Translations under genes and position numbers: made by a program
The notes under the pieces: model-generated
Seen by the model: only the letters and a program-made list of their open reading frames with translations
The model's database searches: none
Told to the model about the DNA's origin: nothing
Assembly: GCA_051362555.1 (NCBI GenBank)
Contig: CM120642.1
Span: 4,154,001 to 4,218,000, forward strand
Direction: 5' to 3'
Origin: Lingula anatina
Taxonomy: Eukaryota > Animalia > Brachiopoda
DNA length: 64,000 nt
In this document: positions 26,749 to 39,759 of the stretch, one piece after another
Position numbering within the stretch: the first letter of the stretch is position 1
Layout of the letters: the number at the start of each line of letters is the position of its first letter

Positions 26749-29700
26749 ATGGATAAACCAGTACTTTTTATCGGGACGTCTGAAAATGGGAAGCTTGAGG
26801 TCAGCAAAGATGCAATAACAGCTCTGCAAAACATCGATATCCCTGTAAGCGTAATCAGTGTTACAGGAAAGTATCGTACGGGAAAGTCCTACTTGATGAA
26901 CTTACTGTTCGGCGAGAGCAATGGCTTTGCCTTAGGGTCCACGATCCAGTCCAAAACCAAGGGAATCTGGTTATGGTACCGGCCACACCCAGGAGATTCA
27001 AACCGAGGCTTGGTGCTCTTGGACACGGAAGGATTGTCTGACCCCGAAAAGGGCGACGAAAACCATGACAACCAGATATTTGCGTTAGCCGTGCTTTTGT
27101 CAAGTTGCTTGGTGTATAATAGTATGGGTACAATAAGTGAAGACGCCATCAGAAGCCTTCAGTATCCTTTACATAATTTTCTTTATTCGTGATTTTTTTA
27201 TCTGCGGATAACTCACAAAGAAATAACTTCTGGTATACAACGTAATAATTCTGAACCTTAAATGGTTAGGAATAATGCTCTACAGTTCAATTACAGAGTT
27301 GTTTATTTTAATTCAGTTTAATTAAGTTTCAATTTGTAATGATAGACAAAACTTGTTTAGAAATTTTGAAACTTTTCAAAAAAAAACTTTGCACAATTAT
27401 TAAAAAATTGAAAAATTTCCCATAACTTTATCATATGTATTAGTTTTAAATACTTAGTTGCTTGTAAGAATACTCAACCAACGTCTCACGTACTTGTATA
27501 TATATTATAAAATTGAAAAATGTCTTAGATCCATTTTCCTCAACTTGGTGGTTTCATTACATCACTGACGGAGCACATCAAGCTTCAGAACACAGCCGAC
27601 GAGGAAACCGGTGAAAACTTCGACGGTTCTTTCCCCTTCTTTGTTTGGGTAGTCCGTGACTTCGCACTAGAACTTCAGCTTGATGGTAAACCTTGCACAG
27701 AAGATGAATATCTCGAGAGGGCGCTGCAGCTCAAGCCAGGAAAAAGTCGAGCTGTTCGCGACTATAATTTTCCCAGAGAATGCATCGGTTCGTTTTTCAG
27801 CGGCAGGAAGTGCTTTACGCTATGCAGACCTGTTGAAGAGGATTCCAAGTTACAGACCTTGGACACCCTGAATACTGAAGACCTAAAGCCCCAGTTTGTC
27901 CAGCAGTCAGAAGACTTCAAAAACTGGATTTTGGAGCAGAAGATGCAGATGAACGTTGGTGGATGCATTATAAGCGGCAGAAGTAAGTGTTTTTATTATT
28001 GTTAATGTGTAGAAATATGCAAAGTCATTTGCAAAATTGCTAAATTAGTTTTATAAAACATAAATAAATTTTTAATAGGTCAATGCAACAAATTGTGAAA
28101 ATAATAATACAACAACGTTGCATTTATGAGACAAAAAATCCAACGGTTTAATGGTTTAAATTCATGGTTAAAATCGTTAGCTTTTTGGCACTGGCTTCCA
28201 GCTATCTATTTGAATTGACCCACTTCAATTCCACAATGCATATAAACTTCTTTCCATAGGATTACTTCAGTTAGCCAAGTCCTATGTAGACGCCATCAAT
28301 GACGGGGCAGTGCCATGTGTCCAGAGCGCAGTGACAGTGATGGGAAGGAACGAATGTGAACGGGCGATTGACCTGGCCTCGGCTGCATATATGGAAGAGA
28401 TGGACAACGCCTTGGGCAAAGCTCTGCCGGTTGACATCGGGGTTCTCTCTGAGAAACATAAATCAGCCTTTGACTCCGCTGTGAAGCTGTACCATGCAAA
28501 TGCCATGCTCGACTCTCACGGCCAATATTCGCAGAAAATGCAGGTGAGGTCCAATGGAATGGACATTCCCAGACTCTTTCTTCAATTCCAAGACTCTTTC
28601 TTCATTCCCAGACTCTTTCTTCAATATCTTTTCAGACATTTGAACCGATACATTGAGATGTTACTTAACCTATATTAATTGATTCTCTTGTAAAAAGTCG
28701 TCCTCGTTTTCCGTGTCATGAGAAGAGATAGATGACGGTGAGAAATCTGTAATAACTGTCTCCTTCGATCCTTTCGTTCCCTTGTTAACCCAAGAAACAC
28801 ATGCATTCAATAAAAACTTTCCCGCCATTACCTGTTGAAATGCGTTTCATGCTTCTGCTGCTTAATAATTGTAGGCTGCACTTGACAACTGCTACCGGAT
28901 CTACACAGAAAATAATTGGCAGGCATCTGTCCAAAAGTGCGACCTCCTTTTAAAAGCCCTTGTACAGGAGTCACTGAAGCCAAAGCTAGATGAGGCAGCC
29001 TTCAGCGTCCCCGGCGGCTATGAAAAATATAGGGGAGAGATAGATACCATTGTGATGAAGTTCGAAAAATCTGAAGGAAAGGGTCCAGCAGCGGAGGAGC
29101 TGTTGGCTAAATTTCTTGCCGAAAAACAAGATCAAGAAGAGGCCATTTTAGCTGGAGATAAGGTAAAATTAGACACCCTCTCTCTTAGTAGAGATTCTTA
29201 CTTCTTTGAAGAGTGGAAAGAAGAATAAACTAATATTGCCCACAAGTTTAGAAATCATAATAAACCAGGTAGTTTAAGACCTCAAAATTACTTAGCGAAA
29301 TACAAAGATAAGAAACAAGAAGTAAGAAACAATATATATTATTTATTTAGGCAATGACTAAAATGGACAGGGAAAAGGCTGAAGTAGAAGAAGAAGCCAA
29401 AAGACAAGCTGCTGATGCCGCCGCAAAGTGCCGCGAAGCAGAGATGTTGAAACAACAAATACTCGATGTTGAGAACAGCATGCAGATCAATATGACTATG
29501 CTGAAAGGCGAGTTTGAGAAGAAGCTGCAAGAAACCGAGGCCGGTTACAAAGCTTTACTTGCAAAGAGGCAAGCAGAGCACGAGGAGCTTCTGAAGTCTG
29601 AACTGAAGACCCAAGCCCAGCTTTTAGAAAAGTCCATAAAGGATGTGAAGGAAGAGCACAACAGGACCAAAGAGAACATGGAGGAAACGATCTCAACCTT

Positions 29701-32046
29701 GAAGACCACTATGGAAAAGAGACAGTCACAGTTGGCTGAGATTTCCCAACAACCTAATGAAGCCGATGGTGAGTGTTTGCCATTTCTCTCCGGGTATGGC
29801 AGGCCCGTAGCCAGGGGGGTGCGGGGGGTTCGAAAGAACTGCCCCTTTTGTCAAGAAAAGGCCCATTTTTGGTAAAAATTCTAGGTATACATAAGTTTCA
29901 TTGTAAAAGGTCCGCTTTTTAAGAAAAAGAACCCCCCTTTTGAATTTGCTGGCTACGGGCCTGTATGGTGACAATACTACTGCCCTTAGCTCTGAATATG
30001 AACTGTTTCACATAAGAATTATATTCGATGTGAAGTAATCGTCTTCCTTGTTTCAAATTGGACGGAAAACAAGCTGGCAATGCATGATCACTTTAAGGTG
30101 ATTCGCGAAATGAAGTTGAATAGCTTGAAGGTAATTATTGTAGAAAATAGTTTAAAATCATGCAGTAATCTTATGTTCGTTTTATACGTTGATTTCAGGG
30201 ACTGGGTCTCGCATCTTGACTTGGATGAAAGAAAACCCAGAAACCCTTTTTGCAGCGTGGGATACGATAACCTCGCTCGCAAGAAACAAGAGTTCTGCAA
30301 GTGGAACTGTGCCAGACAGCGAAGCAACTAAAACCCCCTTTACACTGGACGGCGTCCTTTCTGCGTCCTTTGTGCGACCATGAAACTGGCCAGGACGCCG
30401 TCGGACGCTCAAAGAACGCACAGTGATCGCCAAGGTCGCACAAAGAACGTTCAAGCATCGCCGAGGACGCCACGGACGCCGCGAAGTTTTGAGCATGTTC
30501 AAAACAATCGCAGAGAGAACGCGATGGAGGATGGTCGCTCAATGGACGCAGAAAGGACGCACAAGCATCGCCGCGGTCGCAGAGAGGACGCACAAGCACC
30601 GCCGCGGTCGCAGAGAGGACGCACAAGCATCGCCGCGGTCGCAGAGAGGACGCACAAGCATCGCCGCGGTCGTAGAAAGGAGGCACAAGCATCGCTTTGG
30701 TTGCAGAATGAAAACGCAAAGATCGTCCAGTGTTCGGCACGTAGAACATTTTTTTTTCACTCTCAAACGGGGCCGTGCTGAGGTATTTTTCACCAGACAG
30801 GAATTCTAAGGGCAACAGTGGTCTCATATCAGCCTCCGATTGTTTTTTCCCCTAAAATTCATGAAATGATCCTTTTTTTAAGGTTATTATTAAAACGAAT
30901 ATTTTGCCTTTTTACAAGATGTATTAATTGCCAGAACCTTTTACAGAATGCGTCTTTTGAAAACGGATTCAAATAATCTATGCTGTGTCAGTCACACTTT
31001 TTCGTTTTCGGCGCCTATCCATCCTTCTTATAAGGATAACAATGAGCATCTGGCTGATTATCAGTCCATGCAGACCTTGCATCACTATAGTTTTAAGCGT
31101 TTATTCCCATTTATTTGTTTTGTGTGCTGGAAATGTTCTTTATTGGATAATCTGGTTAGAACCGATGAAAAAATATGAGTTAGAATATAGAGGACGCCCA
31201 AACAACGCTCATCGGTCAAACAGGATGCAAAATGATCGTAGAATAGACGCCACTGATCGCCGATGAAGGTACAGAGAACACAGCAAGAATGCTTTATGGT
31301 CGCTCTAACATCGCAATGGACGCCTTGGTTTGCACAGGGGACGTACAGTGGAGGCAGGCAGGTTGCTCGCAGTTTTACAGGTAAAATCAAGATTCGGTCG
31401 TTCAAAGGACGCACAAGGGACGCAGACGCCTTTACACTGAGACACGATTTAATTGCTTTGGCGATCGTTGAGCGTCCTGACCACATTTTTGAACGCAGAA
31501 GGGACGCAGAAAGGACGCCGTCCAGTGTAAAGGGGCCCTAACCAACAAGTTACCCCCGCAAGTAAAACGGCATCTGAGCATTCAGCGGCTGGACAGTTTG
31601 AAAATGTGCGAAACAGGATGAGCACTACCGGTAATTCGAAAGACCATTCTCCACCGGGTGCCCGTCCTCCGTTTGGGTCGTTGACCTCCTCCAAAAATGC
31701 GCGCGACGATGAGAACAAAAAAGGCACTACCGCTGGTCCTATGGGTGATCAACCCCAAGGGGCTGTTGGAAACGATAGACAACTTCCTAAAGCCAAATTT
31801 CTATTTGGTCGAGCTGGATTTCCCCAAGACACGCCTAATCTACGAATCCGTGTCTCTCCAATTGACCAGATACGTTTGAGAGTGACACCTGAGGGATTCA
31901 GAAGAAACTACTCTGGACAAGGGAACAAACAAAGAATGGAGGAGAGCGGCAATGCAGCCAAATTAGAAGAGAAAAGGAAGATGATAGAGGCACGTTTCAA
32001 GTCCGCGGGGAAACCAAGTCAAAACGCCCAAGAAGAGTTGGACTGA
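26749..32046 (+). CDS. GBP: GBP paralog D; terminal exon split by a Harbinger-like element (~823 aa if repaired, ~672 aa as inserted)
   Basis: Exons 26749-27161, ~27552-27982, 28260-28543, 28875-29162, 29351-29768 and 30199-30331 + 31542-32046. Motifs GKYRTGKS, TIQSKTKG, DTEG, VVRDF. Removing 30332-31541 fuses ...SEAT-NQQVTPASK... in frame with ORF 31606-32046. Confidence 0.82.
27162..27551 (+). other. U12-type intron in GBP-D with a non-AG 3' end (GG at 27550-51, or AC at 27559-60)
   Basis: GTATCCTTT donor; TTTTCCTCAAC branch ending at 27544; no in-frame AG before the conserved SLTEHIK. Confidence 0.7.
28565..28635. repeat. ~21-bp tandem repeat, about 3 copies (attcccagactctttcttca)
   Basis: Directly visible in a GBP-D intron. 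Confidence 0.75.
29800..29963. mobile_element. MITE with CAGGCCCGTAGCCAG TIRs
   Basis: Perfect 15-bp inverted ends, flanked by the direct repeat TATGG. Confidence 0.75.
30332..31538. mobile_element. Non-autonomous PIF/Harbinger-like DNA transposon (1207 bp)
   Basis: TIR core CCCCTTTACACTGGACGGCGTCCTTTCTGCGTCC at both ends; TAA duplicated at 30329-31 and 31539-41; internal 31-bp repeats (cgcagagaggacgcacaagcatcgccgcggt) at ~30545-30690. Confidence 0.85.
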
Positions 32047-32536
32047 ATACATGAAAAGAAAAACAAGCAAAAGTAATTTTCAAGAATTGTAAGACGAGGA
32101 TTAAGCAAACGGTAATGTATATTGATGGCTTTGCCATGGACCACCTTTAATCCACATGGTACAATTCGCATTTGAAAGACAGGAACAGGATTGAAAAAAC
32201 AAACATATTGATTACGTGGCCATAGCTGTGATCCAGTTGACCACAGTGCGCTGCATTAAAGCTTGACAAAAATTCTCTGCCTGTACCGAATGAAATGTGC
32301 TTAAGCTAGTTCTCGCGTTCTTTTTGCAAAAATTGTCACTCGAAGTCTTAAACTGTACGTGTGATAGTTCGTCTTTCATTCCAAGGGAGATAGGTGTATT
32401 GCAGAGATGCATTTACGTTGTTATATCTGTTGAAAATATTTGGATTTTAGACTATGAACAATAATAATAATAATAATAATAATAATTATTATTATTATTA
32501 TAATTATTATTATTATAATTATTATTATTAATAATA

Positions 32537-32579
<43 letters not shown>

Positions 32580-32764
32580 TACATATATAGACACCCCAGA
32601 CTGATAAGTATTATGCTTTTATAAAACGTGCTTAAATACTTTATTTAGAATTCCATAACATTCTTCAACACATCTGAGAAAATACGCAAAAAAAAATACT
32701 GTGTAGACCAGTTGATTGCAGTACATAGGTGCAAATGTGTATTAATTTCTTATTTCATTGTATA

Positions 32765-32846
<82 letters not shown>

Positions 32847-33689
32847 TTCACTATACTGTTGAAGAGGGGTCCCTTTACTGTCTTTGTGGTCTGCGTATTA
32901 ATATGTGTATATTCAGTTTGAAGTAAATTATTTCACGGTATGACAAGTGTCACAATTTACAGTGTTGTGTTCTTAAAGTCCTGGAATTCATTCAATTAAT
33001 ATGACTTGAAGACAGTTTCCAAATGCTAGGGAACAAGGAGTAAATTTCCATTTATTTTGGTCTTTAGAACTTGTTTTGAGAGAATGCTGCATGACATTAA
33101 TTTCTGAAGACATGGGCATACAGAAAAACTGTGAGAAAAACTTTAAAAGGACAAAAATACCCTGGTTACTAAAAACAGCATATAAAAGAAGGTGCAAATA
33201 TCGGGCTTAAGACATCTTTATTCCAACACCAGTAGGTAAACTATTTACGAATACCTAAAATTCTGACACATTTTAATAATGATACTTTATTCTTTGGCAC
33301 GAAATTTAAGAAAGGAATTAAATTGAGTTTTTTTTTCACTATTCATTGTATCTCTGTGCCCGTGTTGCCGGGGTAATAATCACTGATTTTGACCTGACCA
33401 CAGTTGACACCTATGGCAATCTCAACATACGCAACAAAGCTTGATGCTCTTACTCCGCTGTTATAATTCTGATTAAACATCGGGCATTCCCACATGATTG
33501 ATGTGTAACGAGATAGCTCTGATTGGGTGAAGTGGCACCAATCGTTGGTCTACTGATGGTTTCGTTAGGGATACTAGTGTTTCGTTGCAGCAATGGCGTT
33601 CTGCACGTCTGGGCTCATGTCGCTGCTACCAGGGCTATCAAGCGGCAAGGCATTCCATCTGACAGGTTTCTTGATTTTTGTCTGGAATA

Positions 33690-33775
33690 GCATTCCAGGT
33701 ATCAGTCAGCAAGTAATTGATACCGAAGATTTTCTATATCTGGTGATCTAGATGGCCACGATAGCTGTTTCTGCA
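33690..33775 (-). mobile_element. Decayed Tc1-type transposase fragment
   Basis: The minus strand reads WPSRSPD-IENL...WNAIP, typical of Tc1 C-termini. Confidence 0.45.
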
Positions 33776-35009
33776 AGGACATACATATTGCGATTGTAAA
33801 TCCTCTTCAGCGGGCCCCGAACCCCACGTCAAAGGGGGGGGGGGGGGGGAGAATGTGGGCTTCACACCCGCGGAACCCCCATTCAAATAATTACGGGTCC
33901 ACCCCTGTATATCTAAGATTTCCTTCCATCGTAATATAACTTAATATTGTTAAAGAGGATACGAATTATTTCACAAGCGGAAAATGTGCTGTGTACCTAA
34001 AATTCGTCATTAAACTGATATGATTTGAACCTGCATCAAAATAATGAACGACAAAACTATATGTCATAAGTAAACTCCCATTTATTTTGATCTTGAAAAC
34101 TTGTTTAGACAAAATGATGAATAACATGATACCTTGGCATTGGATCAGGAAAAAGCAGCACACTATCTCTCTTCATTATAAAGTAAATAATACAAATAAT
34201 ATACTGTATGTTATACTATACTGCGATCTTAAAATATCAAAATAAAGCACAAAATAGTTTTGAATTAGAGATAAGCAATGACACCTAAATAGAACTCCCA
34301 GTACAAAGCCAAAACAGGGTACAAAATATTAGTTAATAAATACACGTATGTGATTTTGATATCATATAATTGCTACGTAAACCAAAGAACAAATGACAGC
34401 CAAATTAAAATCTATAAATCAAAAATGCAAAGAAAAAACAAGTTTGGTAAATATGCACAACTAACAATGTACAACTAACAGTACAATTTGAATGAATTCA
34501 AACCACTTAGATATGACACAGCACACCATAAATGTATGAAAATAGAAAACCTTGGGTTTTATTCTGTTCTTTTTGTGATCCCGGAATTCCCCTACTTGTA
34601 GGAGACCTTCCATTTCCTTAACACTTTGGCTATATAAGTCTGGTTTTTGACATATAGTCGTATAAATATTGGATTTGTAAAAAGAAACTAATGCATCTAA
34701 ATGGACACAAGCACTCACACAATATGTATAATCACCTATACAGTACGTGAAGTTCATTCTTCCCTTCAAATATTATGCATCATACATGTGGTAAAACGAC
34801 ATAAAATAAAGCCATTCATTAGAGATAAAACCATACCCGATACAATGATATATCTTCTAGTAATAATAAACACTAAGTACAGAATGTCATGCAATATACC
34901 GATACCTGTATATACATGTAAGTTCGTCCAAACAAATTGGCAATGATTATTAAGTGAAAATACACAGTCCCTTTAAAATCTTTCTCTTTCCTATCGAAAA
35001 AAAATCCAT

Positions 35010-38000
35010 TTACACGTGCATATACTGAAACAAACTGATTATCAGCCCCGCGATGCCGAGAGGACGGAGCATACCGGATCTGGTAACCTGGGCAGCGTTG
35101 CAATAGGACGACCTGCAGTAGCAATACTCGTACTCGAGTAAATAGTTTGATTTAACGCAACCAGTCGAAACACTGCTGCTGGACATGCACCCCTTGTTGA
35201 TCACCTGATAACCTGTAACATGAGCAACAAACGGACGTTAATTGTATCTTGAAATCAAAACATGTACGTACAAAAATCGCCTAGGCTTATATCCTTTACC
35301 AAAAAGTAAGACCAGAACCTATGACTGGGGGGGGGGGGGGGGGGGGGGGGGTAAAAAATAAAAGAAGTGACTGTATGGAGTTTGACCAAAGAATTTTAAC
35401 CAAGAGAAAATATCACAAAAGCTTGTAAATTGACTGACACTCCAATTTCCACGCAATTGACAATTTTAAAGTTGAAATCTTACACGATTTTGTTTTAGAA
35501 TCTTAAATCACTTTTTGGCATTAACGTCCATTCAACACTGAAATGAGAAATCATTATCAACCATGGGCGTCCGCAGGGGGGAGGGGGTTAGTGGGGTCAC
35601 TTGCCCCCCCCCCCCCCCCCCCCCCCCCCGAAGTTTTGGCGGGCAAGTTAATTGCGGGAACCCAGCCAATCATTATCTCCCCCTTCAATGACTTTGACCC
35701 CCCCCCCCCCCCCCCTGGAAAATTTTCTGCGGACGCCCATGGTATCAACGTAGTCAAGATATATGAGAGAAAAAATATTTAACACAGTTAAATCACCATA
35801 TTGGGACCCTTAAACTTACCACTGTAAGTTGTTACAGTCTTGGAACATCCATAGGAGCATTGTGTCGTGCTACCGCCAGTGCTGCTGCAGCTAGTGCATG
35901 AATAGCAAGTGTACCCTGAAAAAAGTCCGAAGAGAAATGGTAATTACATATTTTTCTAAATTAGCGTCGCCTGTTTCTTTCTAATTTTGGCTTTCTTTTA
36001 CCTGCTGCAAAAACTGTACCGGTATGTATATGCTAGCTACAGATTACAAATTATACACACAAACTGAGAGAGAGAGGACAAGGGGGAAGACGCACCTGTC
36101 AGAGCCCTTTGGATTTTAATTCTGAAGTCGTGTCCTGTGGCATAACCTCTATAGTAGTACACATACAGATAACGTCCAGTGGAATAGTACGTGCCAGATG
36201 AGGTGCTCGTACATCTGACAGTTCGCTGAAATGAAGTTGAAGCATGAATAGTTATGATATTTGTATATTTTCTTAAAACTCTGACAAAAGACCGATTACG
36301 AGAGACTGTGTGGATATCGCTCTTTTTCGCACGAAAAAATGATTTTCCATTTCTTTCTTTCTTTCTTTATTAAAATTTATTAAATTAAAATTTTATCTTC
36401 CCCGTGGCCCTCATGCGGTAAGTAAAAGTACGTTATGAAACATTTACTCAGTTAATAAAAAAATTAAAAAGTGTGTTAAGACTTTCAAAATAACATCTGA
36501 ATAAAACTAATATATAAATAAGACTATTAAAATGAAAATAAAACATAAATAAAGATTAAACCAATAACGACAACAATCCTCATTTCCGATAAAAATAAAA
36601 AGAACTAATTCAAAACTTTTTAATGATTTAAAATTTCTAATCCCTGTAATAAGTATAGACCTGCAGTGAATAAAATGCCTCTGTATTTGTCATCTCACAA
36701 ATTAAACTGCTCTTTGGTTGAAGATCTGGTCTTTCTCTTTGATACAGTAGATATTTCATTATAAAATAAATAACTCATGTAAAAAGGTGGTTGGCCATTT
36801 AGAGACTTGTATACCAATGTAACTTTCCTAGTATCTGTAAATGGAGAGCCAGTTATTGATAAGATTAAAAGAGGAATTGTTTTGTCCCTCCGTTTTTGGT
36901 ATATACAAGGTTAATCTGGCGACACGTTTTAGATAGCTTTTTTTCTTAAAAGTGCGAGTTTACTGTCCACTGTCTTTCTGTATATGAATTTTCCCAAGAT
37001 AACTTACGTTCAAAACCACGCCATATGCCTTAATATCTGGGTAGTATTATGACGTACATGTACATGTATCAAGTGCCCTGAGTTACCCGTATGTGACCTC
37101 ACGAACTAGCGTGCATTTCATTTATCATTATTATATATACTACAACTTATGAGCCAACGTGTACGCTTTAAGATGTACGTTTTGGCACTCACAAAGGACT
37201 CATTGTAGACTCATTAATGATATTCTTAAGCCAGAAAGCTATCATCATGCTGTTCAAAAACAGCCTGTTTAGGTTGTTTCTATACAAGCAAACCGAATAC
37301 ATGCATTTACGTTTTGTTTCTTACCAGTACTGAAGATGATGAGGAATATCCATCACGTATTGTCACGTACGGTGTACAACTCGACATGCTGACACTGTAT
37401 ACATATGCACTCAGGACATAGGAGGAGGAAGAGGAGTAAAACCTCATGTAGCAGGAGCTCGGTGCATAGGTATAATAGGAATAATACGTTGGATCCAAGT
37501 AATAGATGTCAGAAGAGTAGACGGTCTCTTGATCACTGCAGTGAGAATAGTAGTTATCCAGGTACCGGTAGTATGCTAAATTAGAAAGAAAGACAATCAT
37601 CTTTGTAAGATCGACTCCAAAGATTATCTCTTATGCACTGTTTTTTTTTTTTTTTTTTTTTTTTTTTCGTAAAGTTTCGTAAAGCTGCTGTCATTCGTAT
37701 AAATAGAAAATGGCGAGAGATTTTTTGTATTTTGGAAGTGTTGCCGAAACTGTCAGTTGGTGAATATAATAGAAAAATAAAAACAGCGGGGCTCCAGAAG
37801 TGAGTAGAAATTCTCCAGTCTTATAGCAGATTGTATAAACCCCTGTGATCAGAGGACAGGGATCCAGGGTGTTCAGGATTAATGCCCTCCTTCACCACAT
37901 TGTTTCATTGTTTGGCAGAAATACCTTCGAAATTGGAACACAGGGACATTTCGAAATATGGAGCCCAGAAAACGTTTCTAAAAATGTATACAAACTGATC

Positions 38001-38147
38001 TTGTGGGAAAGTAAGGGGCCTGAATCTATCTTCGTGCCCCGAATCCCACTCCGCAATATACATGTAATACTTACTGCCTGCCTCCGAGCTGCGCACAAAG
38101 ATGATCAATAGAAGTTGAAGAAACCACAATCTCCATGGTTTATACAT
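35010..38147 (-). CDS. GPI-anchored protein: signal peptide + Tyr/Ser-rich CUB-like domain + Ly6/uPAR (three-finger) domain
   Basis: Exons 38147-38075, 37575-37325, 36225-36096, 35915-35820 and 35212-35010 join in frame. Signal peptide MYKPWRLWFLQLLLIIFVRSSEA; CUB-like C...YVTIRDG...RC...STGRYLYVYY...DFRIKI; 10-Cys LU domain CYSCTSC...CYCRSSYCN; hydrophobic tail. Confidence 0.78.
35562..35741. mobile_element. hAT-like MITE
   Basis: TIR CATGGGCGTCCGCAG; near 8-bp duplication ttatcaac/gtatcaac; poly-C interior. Confidence 0.7.
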
Positions 38148-39380
38148 GATTGTTAGTGCCCTGCTAAAAAACGAATTTAATGTTTAAAAAAAATACACCA
38201 CCCTGGGTGAAGTGAGATATATAAATGGGGCCATGTTTACAAGCGACCTCTTGAAGTCAGGAAACATCTTATCTACATGGAGATAAGTCGCTACCTTAAA
38301 ATATCAGTACACTAGTACAGTAATTTGAACTGAAATTGCACAACACATTTTCTAGAATATAACAAGGCATCAGTTGGCTAACTACTTCAAAACTCACCGT
38401 TTCTTCCGCAATTCTGGTTGTTGTTGTCTATAAAATATCGAACAGTTTCTTTTTTAGTGTTAAGATGGCCGTGAGGTGAAACTACCGTCAACAATGTTTT
38501 CCCTAACGACACTTTGTAAAGACCCTAGTTACAGAAGAACAGCCCATAAACGAGGGCAAGAAAACAATAAGTTAACGTCGAAAGAGGGGAGGGGAGGTAA
38601 AGTTAACCTCACTAAAGGCCATAATCCATGCCTGCATGAATGACTTTAAATGCTGATCACGGAGCAGCACAACGTTCAAACGAATAATGCCGGCGGTGTC
38701 TGAATAACTCTACTGAATAACTCTAAAGTCACAGGTCGCCCAAGTTTTCTATTGATAGCTGCCCTGGCCTCTGCTTTGCCTGAAACAAGACAAAAAGTGT
38801 ATGGAGGCTGACATAATGTATATTTAAATATTAAAGAAGCGTTTGTATTTACATACTACGCTTTATGAAAAACTAGCAGAGAACTGCAATGTGCGTCTTA
38901 GTTCAGAGCTGCAAGTATTGATTTTTAGTTTTAGCTACAACAAAGACATAAAAAGGACTTATCGATTTCATGAACTTCGGTCGAACACTTGAAAATCTAT
39001 CGAGGATCTTTACATAAGTGAAACCAGTTTCATTTTCTGAAAGATATCTTATTTAATAAAATAGCAGGCATTTTGCAGGAGTTATAACATGTTAAGGAGA
39101 AGAGAAAAAATATTGATTATAAACCACAATATAGCCACGCAGATGAATAAAAAAAAATAAATGTCGTTCAAATGACGTTACAACGCACATACAGTACAAC
39201 ATCTCGGCATTTAACGCTACGTACACAGGACCTACAAAGGTAAAAGCAATGAAATGATTGCTATCGTACGCTGAAAAGGAATACTAAGCCACAAAAGTGC
39301 CATGCAATGTGATATAGGCTAAGCCAATATTGACCTAAATATAATTCTGTTTACACAGCTGAAAATTATTATTCACTTTT

Positions 39381-39680
39381 TTATTTATTTGCTGTCTCCG
39401 CTGTTTTCTATGTCCCAAATAGAAACCTTGTTTTGATTCAGTTCTTTCTGGAGAAACAACATAAGAAGTCTCCAATTCAGATCTTTGCCATTGTCAGTAA
39501 TATTCAGCCCTTCGCCTGTCACGTCTAAAGCCTCTTGATAATGCCTGCAGATGGCGCCACTTGGTATCTCTCATAGCGATCGTCTGCTGCAGTTTTGATA
39601 TCAGACGTCTCCCCTCCACCCCCAGGGTCCAAATATACATGTACGTAGATGATTGTTGTCGGAGGATTAATATCTATGAC
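39381..39680 (-). pseudogene. 3' fragment copy of the secreted-protein gene at 44730-45887
   Basis: Reads DINPP...HVYLDPG.G.ETSDIK..ADDR.ERYQVAP with indels; the 5' three quarters are missing. Confidence 0.82.
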
Positions 39681-39759
39681 GAAATCTGTATCCTTTTTTA
39701 GTATAAAATCGATGATTTTCAAGCAATTGATTCCTGAACGACGTGCTGGCTACCAAAAA

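Noticed and set aside
30195-30827. Overlapping Arg-rich ORFs of 84-210 aa on both strands
   Set aside because: They arise from GC-rich 31-bp repeats inside the Harbinger-like element; no transposase motifs.
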